Made by a program: the position numbers and the translations under genes
The notes under the pieces: generated by a model
Told to the model about the DNA's origin: nothing
Database searches by the model: none
Seen by the model: only the letters and a program-made list of their open reading frames with translations
Shown here: one piece after another, positions 14,276 to 27,755 of the stretch
Numbering within the stretch: the stretch's first letter is position 1
How the letters are laid out: each line of letters begins with the position of its first letter
Assembly (NCBI GenBank): GCA_964016885.1
Contig: OZ024742.1
Coordinates: 70,432,001-70,496,000 of the forward strand
Source: Eledone cirrhosa
Lineage: Eukaryota
Length of the DNA stretch: 64,000 nucleotides
Direction of reading: 5' to 3'

Positions 14276-14334
14276 AGCAAACTTTGACGGTTCATCGTGT
14301 AAGCCGTGAAACAGGGACTGAATGAAATGTTTAT
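14276..14334 (-). CDS. RB1CC1: RB1CC1 coding exon (NKHFIQSLFHGLHDEPSKFA)
   Basis: ttgcag|AT...GCT|gtaagt, phase 1 to 0. LFxGL..P..F motif. Confidence 0.9.
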
Positions 14335-15579
14335 CTGCAAAAGAGAAGGGAAATAAACAGGGGCTTAAAAGTGAAATATGGCTAATTGAAGGACTTGATA
14401 CATGATTACAATGTCTTCTTGATGACCACTAAACTAGTGACATTTTATATGTTAATAATGGATAATAAAGGGTCAATTGTGTCCATTCATATATCAATAT
14501 TCTATCAATGCTGATATCTGTTCTAAAGACATACAGTGAATTAATCTTTAGTACTTTGTCTAAGGGAGGGCATGCTAGACTTATGAGATTGATGTAGGTA
14601 ATAAGGTAGTAACCAAGCTTGGTAAGCTATTTAATAATGGTTTGTGTCAATGTGAACTGGATTGGAAATAACAAAAAAGTGCTACTCGTGTGATGTAAGA
14701 TGAAGTAATGACTAACATTGTAGGCAGGACTCTTTGCCATTAGTTTCTACTTGATCTCATACTTCAATATAATTTTTATATCTCACACATCAATATAATT
14801 TCCGTTTTATATCTCATACACTTGATATTTAACTTCAATTGATCAAAAAGACTGACATCTAAAAAGAACTGATTAACAAGTCATCATCATCAGTGGCATC
14901 AAACACCAACAACAATGCAATTATTCTCAGAACCTCTACCATTACCATCTTCTTCATATCATCATCATTTTTACATACATTTTTCAATGCTTGCACGAGT
15001 TGAAGGACTCCTCTCCTTTTGTGAGGTTCAGCATCCTGAGGTCAGCTTTCACCACTTCAGCCAAGTCTTCCTCAGCTTACTTCTACCATATCTGCCTTCC
15101 ATTTGGAACATCTGATACTTCTTCACACAATGGCCATCATCCACACACATTACATGTCTGTACCAGTAATTTTTTCTGAATTTATCTATGGTTCATCGTT
15201 CATGTGCCCTAATGTTACACATCCAATATAGATTGCTTGCTTCATTTCTTTCCAGCTATCACAATGCCCATGTCTCTCTACCATGCTGCAGTGTACTACA
15301 TACACAAGCATCAAGCAACACATATAACATCAGCCCTCACTCACAACTAAATGCAACTCTTCACTCGTCAACAGCAAGCTAAACAGGGAGCCTCTATATG
15401 GTCATTTCACAATCTAGAAATGACAGTCACATCTCACTTAAACCACATTACCATCTTAAACAAAAATGAATTGGATAATTTAGTCTGAGACAGTATGTTC
15501 ATTTCTGGAATGTCTGTTGGATAAGGACTAACTTGGAGGATAAACAACCAGAGGAAGAGATAGAAAGTGAGTTACTTAC

Positions 15580-15661
15580 TAAATGTTTCTGAGAAATTCT
15601 GTCTGTCTTGAAGTTCATCTATATACAGAGAATGTGATGTAGCGGCAACATTTCTGGCCCA
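15580..15661 (-). CDS. RB1CC1: RB1CC1 coding exon (WARNVAATSHSLYIDELQDRQNFSETF)
   Basis: ttatag|TGG...TTT A|gtaagt, phase 0 to 1. WA...LY..E...R..F pattern. Confidence 0.9.
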
Positions 15662-16083
15662 CTATAATAGAGATTGTAGAAGTTGATATCACAAGGAATA
15701 TACATTATCACCCCCACATGAACACCCTTATCAATACTCCCCATGATACACACTATCACCAACACTACTAAGAACAGAACTGTGAAAGGTCAACATGCTA
15801 GAGATAGCAGCCAAATTTCCCTTACATCATTTTGCCATCTTAACAAAAAAAGGACACATTGGATACTATAGCTAAAAATTAAAAAGATGAGATAGTCACA
15901 ACTGGAACGCCGTTGATCATTGGGCTCCTGGAACATGTCTGACCGGGGCTAAACAATACTGTTTACTATTATATTATGTATTACTTTCTGTTGTTATTCT
16001 GAGCTTTGCAGTTACCTGCTGATCAGTTGTCCAATCAGAAAACTCAAAATCAACAGAGAGTAATTATCATCATCATTATTTTT

Positions 16084-16272
16084 AGGTGAATTGGCAGTAT
16101 CGGTAGAGGGTTGGACACCATGCTTTCTAGCATAGTTACGTCCCTTTACAGTCTGAGTTCAAATCCCGCCGAGGTTAACTTTGCCTTTCATCCTTACGGG
16201 GTCGATAAAATAAAGTACCAGTAATGTACTGGGTAATTTGCTGGCCTTGTGCCTAAAGTAGAAACAATTATT
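16084..16272 (+). mobile_element. tRNA-derived SINE
   Basis: Full-length copy of the family. Confidence 0.9.
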
Positions 16273-16438
16273 TTTACCTCCACTTTCCATGCTGGCATGG
16301 GTTTGGATACTCTTCCTAATAACGACTATTTTAGTCACCTCTTACAACATGCAAAGACATGGTGGACCTATTCTAAAAACTCAGACCCCAAAAATATATA
16401 CATATACAATATACTCTAGTATTGAGAATAACACTTAC

Positions 16439-16625
16439 AGTGAGAAATTGTGTGGAATAGCTCTTACGACGCATTATCTCCACCAGAGCGTCAATATACA
16501 TCGTGGCTGAATCATGCACTTGCTGTAAAATCTTCAGATGTTTGCGTTGTCTTTTGATCTTTTCAGACTCAATTTTTATTTTCCTCTCCTTATCCATAAT
16601 CAACTTCTCCACATACATGACCCAT
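16439..16625 (-). CDS. RB1CC1: RB1CC1 coding exon (WVMYVEKL...MYIDALVEIMRRKSYSTQFLT)
   Basis: gtctag|A TGG...ACT|gtaagt. Contains the YxxAxVExxRRK motif. Confidence 0.95.
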
Positions 16626-17231
16626 CTAGACACAGCAAATAGAAAACAACAATGTTAACCATCAGAAAATATTTAACATTATTATAATTAGAGTTCAAAA
16701 CCTGCAAAGGTGAACTTTGCCTTTCATACTTACAAAGTCAATAAAATAGAGTACCAAAAGTTAATAACATTTGCATAACGTCCCTCACCCATCTCCTGCA
16801 TGTTTGTATCACTTCGTCTTGTTCCTCTCTACACATTTTTCCCCCAGTAACTCCCTAGTATTCCATGTTTTGATGATGTATGTAATTGCCTTTATTGACT
16901 AAATAAAGTGAATTATTATAATTATCATCATTACTACTAACACTACCCCTTGCATTACCATATTTCTAATGAAAGATACTGCCTATAATTTTCTAATCAT
17001 TTTCAAAATAAATCAAAAAATTTGAGGGATTTAGTAATAAACTTACTCATTATTAAGCAAATCTTTTTACATAAAATTAGATTAGAAATTTTTAGATAAA
17101 TATAAAAACAGTTTTTATCATACAAACATGGGCAGTTATAGGAAGTTTGGTGTTGAAAGTGTTAAAGGCAGAGAATTGATAGAATCAGTACAATGATAAA
17201 GAAAATACTTTGCATTATGTTTCTTCACTTT

Positions 17232-17490
17232 AGGGCGGTGGTTTGGCAGTATCGGTAGAGCATCAGACACCATGCTTTGCAGCATAGTTATGGCACTTTG
17301 CGTTCTGAGTTCAAATCTGCCGAGGTCATCCTTACAAGGTCAATAAAATAAGTACCAGTGATGCACTGGGATAATTGCTGGCCTTGTCCCAAAAGTAGAA
17401 ACTCTAAGGGGCAGTGAATTGGCAGTACTGGTAGAGGGTCTGACATGCTTTCCAGCATAGTTACGTCCCTTTACGATCTGAGTTCAAACA
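17232..17490 (+). mobile_element. Two tandem tRNA-derived SINE copies (second one partial)
   Basis: Family heads at 17232 and 17408. Confidence 0.85.
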
Positions 17491-18182
17491 GGGGTAGTTT
17501 TGGGTAAGTTGGTAACAAAAGGCCTTGATAAAATAAAGTACCAATCAAATACAGAGGTCAATTAAGTCGTTCAAGCTGAACCCTAGTTGAGTTCAGTACC
17601 TTACATGGCAATAGCTTGGAAACTCATGAACTCTTTCAATCCGACATATTCTGGGTATTTAAGTATTCTGTAAGCCTCATGTGACTAAATCTGCACCTGG
17701 AAAGTTCTTACACGCCTGGGTAAATCATTAGTTGCCCATACATGGAAGACCCCCCCTCCCCTCCATGGTACTGATGTTGTACAAAAGCAATGGCCGATAC
17801 AGTTTAGTACCAGTTACACTGCAGGCATACTCAGAACATAAAGAGCCAAAAGACATTACTCCTGATGTTCCAATGATTACGCTAATCCACTTAATTGGAT
17901 TGGTAATTTATTGATCAGTCCTGAAAAGGTAAATAGCAAAGTTGAGCACATCAGGATTTGAACTCCAGAATAAATACCATTTAATGTTTTAATGACTGCC
18001 AATTCACTGCTCTCATTTTATTTTGGATACATTACATGTAGATGGGTGGAGTCTTCAGAGGTGACCCTAAGACTCAATAGGTGAGAGAGCTATCACCACC
18101 ACATTACATAAAACAACACCAAAATTTGATGTTCACTGACCACTGGTTAGTCAAACAGCTGAAAAGAAAGCCAACCACTTAC

Positions 18183-18364
18183 TGAAGTCGGACATGGAGG
18201 TTTTTGCTGAGTTCTTCCTTGGCCTTGGAGCATCGCTTCCTGAATATCTTAATTTGATTATGTCCCTCAGAAAGATCCATGAGATCCTTCTTGTGGTTCT
18301 TCCAGTACTCCGACAGACATTCACAGTCCATTCGGTTGGTCGTTTCTAACTGGCTGGAAAATTT
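18183..18364 (-). CDS. RB1CC1: RB1CC1 coding exon (KFSSQLETT...CSKAKEELSKNLHVRL)
   Basis: gcacag|AAA...CA|gtaagt. Contains the AKxELxxNLHVRL motif. Confidence 0.95.
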
Positions 18365-19278
18365 CTGTGCAAAAGAAAATAAATGGCCATGTTTTACTGT
18401 GAAGTAAATTGCTGAGTTGTTGTCTAACCTCAAGTTAATTGGGCAGATGTATGGTCAAAGGCATTCCCCGATGACTATCATGTCTTTTTTTTATTTAAAA
18501 AGGGCATCACAACTACAGAATCTAATTCCTTTCTTTTAAGATCACATGGTGTGATTTGAGGGAGTTTTGCTGCTATTTCTAGTGCATTGAGCGAAAAAAT
18601 AGAGGCTTCCACATTAGTTCATTGTGATGAGTTTTAAAGATAAGAGAGTTAATACCGCGTGTGTAATATACCCAGTAGTTCGACATCCTAGACATGTAGA
18701 TCTATGATGTATACAATATTGGTTTAGGTCAATGAGAGTTGTAGCTGTGACCATTGAAGCACACTCATTAAAAATTAGGACTTAAACAAAGTAGTCCCCA
18801 AAATAATAGATAGTTTGATTAGGAAAACTTGACATGTTAATATAGTCATTATTTTATTGGCAATAAGGAGATATGGTGGATAACATGGCAAGTGACATCA
18901 TAGCTCTTTCTTCCTCTTGTGAGTCACAGATTAAGGATTTACTAAGTGTGTCACAGATTATGAATTTACTCTCGGTGCATGTTACAAGTTAAGGGAGATA
19001 ACCCTGGGTGTGTTACACTTTAAGACATAACTTAGCTGTATCAAAGCTTAAGATGATTTTAGTATGTTATCGTTTCACGTTCCTTTTCTATGTTGGCATG
19101 GGTTGTACTGGTTGTTATGCTCTCTGAGACTAGCCAGGTAGTGGTGAATAATTTTGCTTGTTACATTTCATGTGTAAAATGAAATAAAATCAGTAGACTA
19201 GATGAAGGGAACGAAAAAGAAGACACAGAAATCAAATGTCACCATTGCAGCAGACAGCAAACTATTACTAAGACTTAC

Positions 19279-19449
19279 CTGATAGAACTTGGTCTGTTTA
19301 TCCATTATGGTTCGAGTGTTGGTTATCAAGTGGTCCAATTGATAGAGTCGATTCTCCAAACCTTTCACCTCCTTCATGTCAGGACGGTCAATAAATTTGA
19401 GCATTTCATCAATCTCCTGCATTAACTTCTCTACATTCTTCTGACTTAT
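19279..19449 (-). CDS. RB1CC1: RB1CC1 coding exon (ISQKNVEKLMQ...MKEVKGLENRLYQLD...KFYQ)
   Basis: ttccag|ATA...CAG|gtaagt. Contains the MKxxKGLExRLYxLD motif. Confidence 0.95.
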
Positions 19450-19916
19450 CTGGAAGAGTAGAGATAGGTGGAAGAGTAGAGTAAGAGTTGAGTGGAGTAA
19501 GAGTTGAGTTGAATAAGAGTTGAGTGGAGATAGGTGGAAGAGTAGAAGTGAGGAGAGAGAGAATGGAAGTAAAATGTGAGAGAGAGAGAGAGAGAGCATG
19601 GAAGTAAAGTGATAGATGGGAGTAGAAGTGAGGTGAGTGAGAGAGAGAAGTTAGTGGATTGGAGTTAAAAGAGATTTAGACAGATGAGGTAAGGTGGCAG
19701 TGAGAGAAGGTAGAATAGATTTTAGTGGTGGTGTGGTAATGGTTCCATTGCTTGAAATTATGTCTAATATGTGTGCATGTTTGTACACATATGTATCTCT
19801 ACATGCATGTGTATGTATGCATGTATTTATATAGGTGTGTGTAATTGTATGTATGTGTATGTTTGTGTGGGTATGTGTGCGTGTGTACATTTAAGTAGAC
19901 AACAAAAACAACATAC

Positions 19917-19973
19917 CTCATCAGAAATCACTCTACACTGCTCGACCATATCTTCTAAACTGTTGCGAGGGTC
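19917..19973 (-). CDS. RB1CC1: RB1CC1 coding exon (DPRNSLEDMVEQCRVISDE)
   Basis: ctgcag|GAC...GAG|gtatgt, 57 nt, phase 0 to 0. Confidence 0.9.
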
Positions 19974-20534
19974 CTGCAGGGTATAAACAGAGAGAAACAC
20001 AATGACTGGCTGAATGTTCACAGTTACATATAGTACAGCCGGGTGTGTGACACATCCCCAAGGGAAGATGCAGCAAGTAAAATAGTGAGGTCTATGTAGC
20101 AAGTACAACAATAATTGTAATGTATAACACGTGCAGTGTGGTGAATTGGCAGAGTTGTTAGGACATCAGATAGAATGATTTTCAGTATTCGTCCCGGCAC
20201 TCTACACTAAGTTCAAATCGCACCAAGAACAACTTTGCTTTTCATCCAGTGTGGACTGGCCGCTTTTTGTTGTGGCATCAGAATGACCAATAAACAGTGT
20301 GGCCAGATCACTGTTGTTGTGGTACGAAAACGGCCACTTTACAGTGTGGACTGAGCACTTTTTATTATGACACCAAAGCAACAACTTTACAGTGTGGACT
20401 GGGTGCTTGTCAAAAACCATCACAACCACTTTACAGGGTGGACTAGGCATATATGTATATACACAGACCTATATATACACACAGAGAGAGACAAACAGAA
20501 AGTAAGACATATGTAGTAAAGAGAGGAAAATTAC

Positions 20535-20712
20535 CTGTTGATATATCCAATCAAGTAAGGAAGGTGGACAATGTGCACCACCACCAGCATCACCATCATT
20601 ATCACGTATAGTAGGCTCAACAGGGTTGGTTTGTGTGAGAGGACTGGACACTAACGTCTGAAGACTGTTTAACAGTGGAATACGGCCAAGAAGTCTTAAA
20701 ATCCCAGGAACT
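20535..20712 (-). CDS. RB1CC1: RB1CC1 coding exon (VPGILRLLGRIPLLNSL...SLLDWIYQQ)
   Basis: taacag|A...CAG|gtaatt. IPLL and SLLDWI motifs are conserved in FIP200. Confidence 0.93.
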
Positions 20713-20939
20713 CTGTTAAAATACATAGAACAATGGTAACTTTTAATGGACTAAGGTAGTGGACACTTAAAATAGGGATGTGTTGAGTGAGTGATGGTGG
20801 GTTAAGTAGGGATATATTGCCTGAAGTATGATGTGGTGGGAGGCATCTTGTGGGTACATTTAAGTAGGGATACATTGAGTGACAGGGAGACTGCTGTGGT
20901 GGGAGGTGTCATGTATATGCCATTAGTTGAGGTACATTG

Positions 20940-21465
20940 AGCTACTGGGGTACATTGAGTGAGTGGGAGACTGTTGTGGTGGAAGATGTTTTGTGGGTAC
21001 AGTTAGTTGGGGTACATCGAGTGAGTGGGAGACTGTTGTGGTGCAAGGTGTTTTGTGGGTACAGTTAGTTGGGGTACATCGAGTGAGTGGGAGACTGTTG
21101 TGGTGCAAGGTGTTTTGTGGGTACAGTTAGTTGGGGTACATCGAGTGAGTGGGAGACTGTTGTGGTGCAAGGTGTTTTGTGGGTACAGTTAGTTGGGGTA
21201 CATCGAGTGAGTGGGAGACTGTTGTGGTGCAAGGTGTTTTGTGGGTACAGTTAGTTGGGGTACATCGAATGAGTGGGAGACTGTTGTGGTGCAGGGTGTT
21301 TTGTGGGTACAGTTAGTTGGGGTACATTGAGTGAGTGGGAGACTGTTGTGGTGCAAGGTGTTTTGTGGGTACAGTTAGTTGGGGTACATCGAATGAGTGG
21401 GAGACTGTTGTGGTGCAAGGTGTTTTGTGGGTACAGTTAGTTGGGGTACATTGAGTGAGTGGGAG
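20940..21465. repeat. 62-bp G-rich minisatellite, ~8 copies
   Basis: agttagttggggtacat recurs every 62 bp. Confidence 0.97.
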
Positions 21466-22262
21466 CTTAGACATAGATATAGGATTGAGTTAGGGATTAT
21501 GAATGGGTACATAATTACTGTGTGGATTAGGGGTTATGTAGAGATATATGATAAAGTAGGTTATGTAGAGATATATGGCAACAGCAGGTTTAGCTGGCCT
21601 CCTATGAGGTTGTATCTCATAAGAATATTCTTCTGCATTTTAATGACAGTAGGCCCAGTCATATGTTGCTGTTACATCTCACACCTATGCAGTTTTAGCT
21701 GGATTCCTAAGGGGGTGTATCTTATAGGAGTTTTCTTGGGTGTTTTAATGTTAGAGGCCCAGGTTGCATCTCATAGGAGGATGCTTATGGGTTATGTAGG
21801 GATATATATAGCAATTATGTGTGTGTTATGGCTTGTATTGATATATATGGCAACTGTGTGTGCATCTGTTAGGGGTTATGTAGAGTCACATGACTACTAC
21901 ATAGACTGGGTGCTTTTTATTGCAGCATAAGCACTGCCATTTAACAAAGAGAGCTATATAAGTTTTATTGGGGTCCCAGCACTACCGCTTTTGAACACTA
22001 ATCATGCATTGTCCTCGGCCAGGCTGGGATAGAGGTAGCTGGATGAGTATTTATTTTATCAATCCCTAGTTATCAAATTGACAAATTCTGCGTGTTATGA
22101 CAAAGAGATGCTGTTCAACAATGGTTAACATACAGACATGGACAACACACATATATGTTGAGCTTCCACACAGCTCTCTATATATATACACATATACACT
22201 TGCCTTGCAAAACTAATAAACAATATAACTATACAAGATGATGGTGAATAGAAGTGACTTAC

Positions 22263-22349
22263 TTTGATAACATTTCAAGGGATTCATCTTGTGACTTAAG
22301 AAATATATTACAGGTACTTTGGAATTTCTCGAATCTTCTATTGAAAGAC
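22263..22349 (-). CDS. RB1CC1: RB1CC1 coding exon (SFNRRFEKFQSTCNIFLKSQDESLEMLS)
   Basis: tttcag|G...AA|gtaagt, phase 2 to 2, open in frame. Not reported in this frame by the ORF track. Confidence 0.88.
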
Positions 22350-22369
22350 CTGAAACAGAAAGAAGTGAG

Positions 22370-22810
22370 ATTGTGACATCATTGTCAAGGTTATGTGATA
22401 TCATACAGTTCAAACCTAAGATTTGTGATGTCATACAGTTAAAATCCAAGATTTGTGATGTCCTACAGTCCAGATCCAGGATTTATGACATCCCACAGAC
22501 TAGCCACTGGACTTGTGATGTAGCACAGTCCAAACATAGGACTTGTGATATGTCACAGCCCAGATCTAGGACATGTGATATCCCACAGACCAGCCACTGG
22601 AATTGTGATATAGTACAATCCAGATAAAGGACTTGTGATGATCCACAGTCCAGATCCAATATTTGGGACATCCACTAGACTTGTAACATAGCACAGTCCA
22701 GACAAAGACTTGTGACATACCACATTCTAGATACAGGAATTATGACATCCTGCAGTCCAGATCTAGGACTTGTGATACTGTACAGTCCAGGAGACACTGG
22801 TCTTCTGACA
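22370..22810. repeat. Degenerate ~30-bp minisatellite
   Basis: atttgtgatgtc...cagtccagatccagg periodicity. Confidence 0.85.
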
Positions 22811-22942
22811 TCACAATGTCTTGTTAGACATTATAACAAGACAAAATAGAAAAGTGGATACACACTGACTGAGTACATCATTTGTTGACAGAGATGGAGT
22901 GAGACAAACAGAGAGAAGAGACATGTTAGAAATGGAACATAC

Positions 22943-23058
22943 GCCAGATGGTCATCAAGATTAGCTATAGCTGCTGCCCATCCCTGCTGTTGCAGGTGTT
23001 GGTCATGAATCAAGCGTTCACTGGCCTCCATACGACTTTTATCACATTCAACTGTTTC
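22943..23058 (-). CDS. RB1CC1: RB1CC1 coding exon (ETVECDKSRMEASERLIHDQHLQQQGWAAAIANLDDHL)
   Basis: ttccag|GAA...GC|gtatgt. Contains the diagnostic HDQHLQQQGWAA motif. Confidence 0.95.
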
Positions 23059-23548
23059 CTGGAAATAGAAACACACAAATATTAGTCAGAGGGATAAAAA
23101 ATAATAATAATAATGAAAATGATTGTGTACAGTGCTCAGGTGCACTACAAATCATCAAAGGTGCATGTATAGTACATAGAATAATGTACAAATGTCAGGA
23201 AAGTGAACAGTGTATGAGTCATGATATACACACAGACACATCCGTGCATGTGTATGGAGGGGAGATATTGAAGTAGTATAGAATTACATTAAATTACTAT
23301 AAATGGACAGAATGATAACGATGGTGATGGTTTCTATTTAAATCATAAGGCCAGCATTTTGTGGGGAGAGGTAAGTCAATTATAACCACACCAGTACTTA
23401 AATGGTACTTTATTTCATCAAACCCAGGGAAGGATGAAAAACAAAGTTGACCACAAAAATGTATGAGAAGGTATAACTGATTCAATGAACATTAGTATGG
23501 TACTACTATGGTACTAAATTTTACCAATTCTGAAAGATAGAATATAAT

Positions 23549-23740
23549 AATAATTGTTTCTACTTTAGGCACAAGGCCAGCAATTACCCAGTACATTACT
23601 GGTACTTTATTTTATCGACCCCGTAAAGATGAAAGGCAAAGTTAACCTCGGCGGGATTTGAACTCAGTCCGTAAAGGGACGTAACTATGCTACAAAGCAT
23701 GGCGCCCGACCCTCTACTGATACTGCCAATTCACCGCCCT
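23549..23740 (-). mobile_element. tRNA-derived SINE
   Basis: Full-length copy of the family. Confidence 0.9.
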
Positions 23741-24519
23741 TAGATAGAATATAATAATAATGTTAATGAGGGTGATGATGAGTTCTAATTTCCATAAAGT
23801 CAGTAATGTTATAGGGAGTCGTAATCAATTAACTCTTGATACCAAACTACCTGAAACTACCTTTGGTTCAACAATATAAAACCATTTGTTTAAAAGTGTT
23901 TAAATTTATCTAAAAACCTTCCATCATAATTTTGTATATGTACCTTTGTTTAAGTTATACTCTAAACACCAGAAATAATGAGAAAGTTAGTTATATTACT
24001 ATATTTCTCTAAATTCTTGATTATTTTCAAAATTATTTTAAAATCATAAACAGTACATTCCATTAGAAATAGGGTAGCAAAAGTGTTAAATCAGCCTCAA
24101 TACTTAACTATGATGGATGGAGAAACTTCTTATGAGATGCATCAGAGAGCTGGAACAAATACAGCAAGGCACTTTGTCTTACATTCTAACAATTCTGCCA
24201 GTTTGCTGCCTATTTGTACTTAATGCCTGTCCAATTAGAACTAGACTGCATACATAATGTTCAAATAGAGCTGGGCAGTGCACTTAATGTCAAAATAGTA
24301 AGCCACTATGTATTGTAATGATTTAGAAGAAAATATCTTTGAATGTGTTAATTCAAATGATTATAGTATCTTTATAACTGGACAGGTCATTGTCAAAAAT
24401 TGCAGTATTAGAGTAAAGACTAATTTTTAATGTGAAGCAATCAGAGTTGAGTTATTTTATACTTTTCAAGAATGTCTTGCTAATCTGGTTTTATGTGATA
24501 TAGACATTAGGACTTAATG

Positions 24520-24720
24520 TCTCAATAGAGCTGGGCTGTATACCTCGTCTCAATAGAACTGAGCTGTGTACCTCATATCTCAATAGAGAGCTGGGCAATG
24601 TACCTCATATCTCAATAGAGAGCTGGGCAATGTACCTCATATCTCAATAAAGCTGAACTGTGTACCTCAGGTCTCAATAAAGCTGGACTATGTACCTCAT
24701 GTCTCAATAGAGCTGAGCTG
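24520..24720. repeat. ~30-32-bp minisatellite (resumes at 25345-25405)
   Basis: Units of ctcaatagagctgggctgtgtacctcat. Confidence 0.85.
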
Positions 24721-25345
24721 TCATCATCATCATTCAATATCCATTTTCCATGCTAGCATGGGTTAGACAGGTTGTCCCATTTGTGGCAAGTTGGGTCAGG
24801 TGACCATTCTTGCTCACACACAACAGTTTCTGGCTTGGTTTCTACAGATGGATGCCCTCCCTAATATCAACCACATTCAGTTTAGGCTGGGTGCTTTTTG
24901 TCATGACACCTACACAACCACTTTACAGTGTGGGCTGGATACCAACATGACAACTTTACAGTGTAAGGGTGGGGTAAACAGAAGTGGGCAGATGGGTGTT
25001 AGGGCATGGGAGGTGTATGGAAGTGGGTATAGTGGTATAGATGTATGTTTCAATCCGTGTGCATGGGAAGGCAGGTTTTCTGCATTATTGCATAATACCA
25101 AAGATCTCAATCCCGTGTCATTGTTTTTGAGAGGTATAATTGCACAAGGTCAGCTTTTATCACCTCATCCCAGGTCTTTCTACTCCATAGCTTCCATCAA
25201 CTTTGATCACCCTGCACCTTTTTATATAGCTGTCGTCCTTCAAACGCATCACATGACCATACCAATGCAATCTCCTCTCTAGCATACTGCTTCTGATCCC
25301 TCTTATGCCCAATTTCTCTCTCAGTTCATTTATGTTTTGCCGATC
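24721..25345 (-). mobile_element. 5'-truncated RTE LINE 3' fragment inserted in a minisatellite
   Basis: (CAT)n tail, 3'UTR shared with 40280-40640, degenerate thumb region (WYGHVMR-like). Confidence 0.8.
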
Positions 25346-26296
25346 TCAATAGAGCTAAACTGTGTACCTCATGTCTCAATAGAGCTGGGCTGTGTACCTT
25401 GTCTCATCAATTAAATTCATCAGTAAAACATCATCATCAGATTTTGAAATTAAATTAATGTCTGATAAATTTTTTTCATTTTTGATACACATATATGGTT
25501 TTCAGTAAAGCCTTTGAAAAAGGTTTCAGTTTCCAACACCATATTTGTTTATATATATTTTCTTTATAAAAAGATGTTACTCTCTCTCACTCTACTAAGA
25601 TAAATAGCCATGTGTAACATATTTAACTACAGATAAGCTAAAATTATTTTTAAAATGCTCCCCGATTGGTTTAAAGTAAATATAGCTTCCAAATTCATCC
25701 AACCACTGAATCAAATAGCCTGCATATTGCAACTACAGGTGTGATTCGCCTCTGAATACTAAAAGTCACTAACTACTACAGGCATGATTCACATCTCAAT
25801 GAATTTTAATGTCACAAATGTGGTTGGTATTAGGAAGAGCATCCAGCTGTAAAATACCCGGTCGAATTTACAGTCCTCGCCGGAGCAAGCTGCGACATGG
25901 CCAACCAAAACCAGACTTGCCTCCCAGCATGGACGACTTGTCTAACCCATGCAAGCATGAAAGAATTGACGCTAAATGGAAATGATGAACTACAGGCAGG
26001 ATCAGGGAGCAATGAGTTAATATCTTAATAGTTGGGCTGTGTACATAATGACCAAAGTAATTGCTAAAATATTTAAATTCACCAGTTTCAGTAGATTCTG
26101 TGAAACCTGAATGGACACTGAAGTAATCAAATAAGCAAACATACTGGGTACCAAAAATAGAAGCACTTAACTCATTGGTTAGATATGTCAGATGGGAAGA
26201 ATGATGATAGGGTGGAAAAAGTAACTAATGATTTAGTGATAACAATAATGATTATGATGTTGATATGTGATGGTAAAGATGAAAACACATAAATAC

Positions 26297-26382
26297 CTTA
26301 GCCAGTTTGTAAGCATCTGAAACAGTTTCATGAGTGGCAGGTAGAAGTACAACTTCACTGATGGCATCTGTCAGGACTTTGT
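26297..26382 (-). CDS. RB1CC1: RB1CC1 coding exon (DKVLTDAISEVVLLPATHETVSDAYKLAK)
   Basis: ctacag|AC...AAG|gtattt, phase 1 to 0, joins the previous exon in frame. Resembles FIP200 EESLMMPAVFHTV. Confidence 0.88.
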
Positions 26383-27434
26383 CTGTAGTGATACAGAAAA
26401 AAGAAGAGTTAAAGTTCTGTGTGTGCACGCAAAAGTACATGTTAACCTAGTTACTGTCATTGGGACTCAAGTTTGTCAACCTCCTTGTGGTGAACCCAAG
26501 AAACTGATCTCTGATCTCGATCAAGCAAATGACAACAACCTGAGACAACAGCAGCAAATCAACAGTATTGAAAGGCTTCCAAAGATCTGGTCAACCATCC
26601 CCACCGTTGGAAATCAAAGCAGAAGGATTGTCTATACTGTTAAGCTTTCAAAGCAAATATTCCAGGAAGCCAGTTTATTTATGGTTCTGTCATTTTGGCA
26701 CTAAATTCACATTTCTTTTACAAAAAAAAAAAAGAAATAGAAAAGAAAGATATGTTAAGGTCTGCAACAAGAAACACCAATTTAACTCACAATTTATTTG
26801 TTGATGATCCTTAAGATGTATACTTGAAATATCACCAGTGCTGAGAAACAGCTAGATTTAATACTTGTTATTAATTAAGGCATAATGTCAGCAGTCTATC
26901 ACTGTCCCGCTTTTCCATCCCTCCTCTATCCCCCTCTTGTCCATATCACTCCATGATATTCTCGCATTATTTTATTTCTCCTTCATTACTCTTTTTTTTC
27001 TTCTATTCACCCACTTGGTCATGTTGCCTTGAATGAGCAGAGACAACGTAGAATAGGGAAGGTGCTAGGGAAAGGCAACTTTTCTAGAGCTGGTGCCAGG
27101 ATAAAATGAACCCATACACTCAGCACTAAAGAGGTTCTGTTGTCCTCTCTAGTTTGCAGTGATAAAATGTACCCAGTACTCTATGCAAAGTGGTTGGCAA
27201 TACGAAAGGTATCTAGCAATAGAAAGTTTGCCTAAAATAGAACATAGAAGTGAGATACGGTCCTTCAAAACATCTAAGAAAACAGTAACTCCAATTAAAA
27301 ACTGACTCAGTTCATAGCAGTATGGAAAGCAAACCTAAAATTATGAAGATGATATAGAATATATATTCACACACTATATATACATATCATCATCAGGAGC
27401 ATTTAACGTTTATTTTCGATGCTTGTATGAGAGA

Positions 27435-27470
<36 letters not shown>

Positions 27471-27755
27471 ACAAATTAACAAGTTGGGATTACAATGTTG
27501 TGTTAGAATATGTGAAAAAAAAAAATCAAATGTAATAAAATGAGTAGCAAATAGTCTAAAACACAAACAGACAGGACTACAGAAACAGGCAGAAAAAAAC
27601 AGGGAACACAACAATAACAACAAAATATTCCTATCATCAGCTGACACTATATATATATATATTAGTTTATTGATGTGTAGCTTTAAGTTACTATTAGTTC
27701 ACCAATTTGAGCACTCAATACCTGAGTGGGTCCAGTTGCCAATGTGGTATTGCAC

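Noticed and set aside
16084-16170. tRNA genes at A/B-box sequences
   Set aside because: They continue into a shared SINE body and tail in many dispersed copies and do not give a clean cloverleaf.
21397-22671. 177-aa and 102-aa plus-strand ORFs
   Set aside because: They derive from tandem repeats or the antisense of an exon, with no protein-like features.
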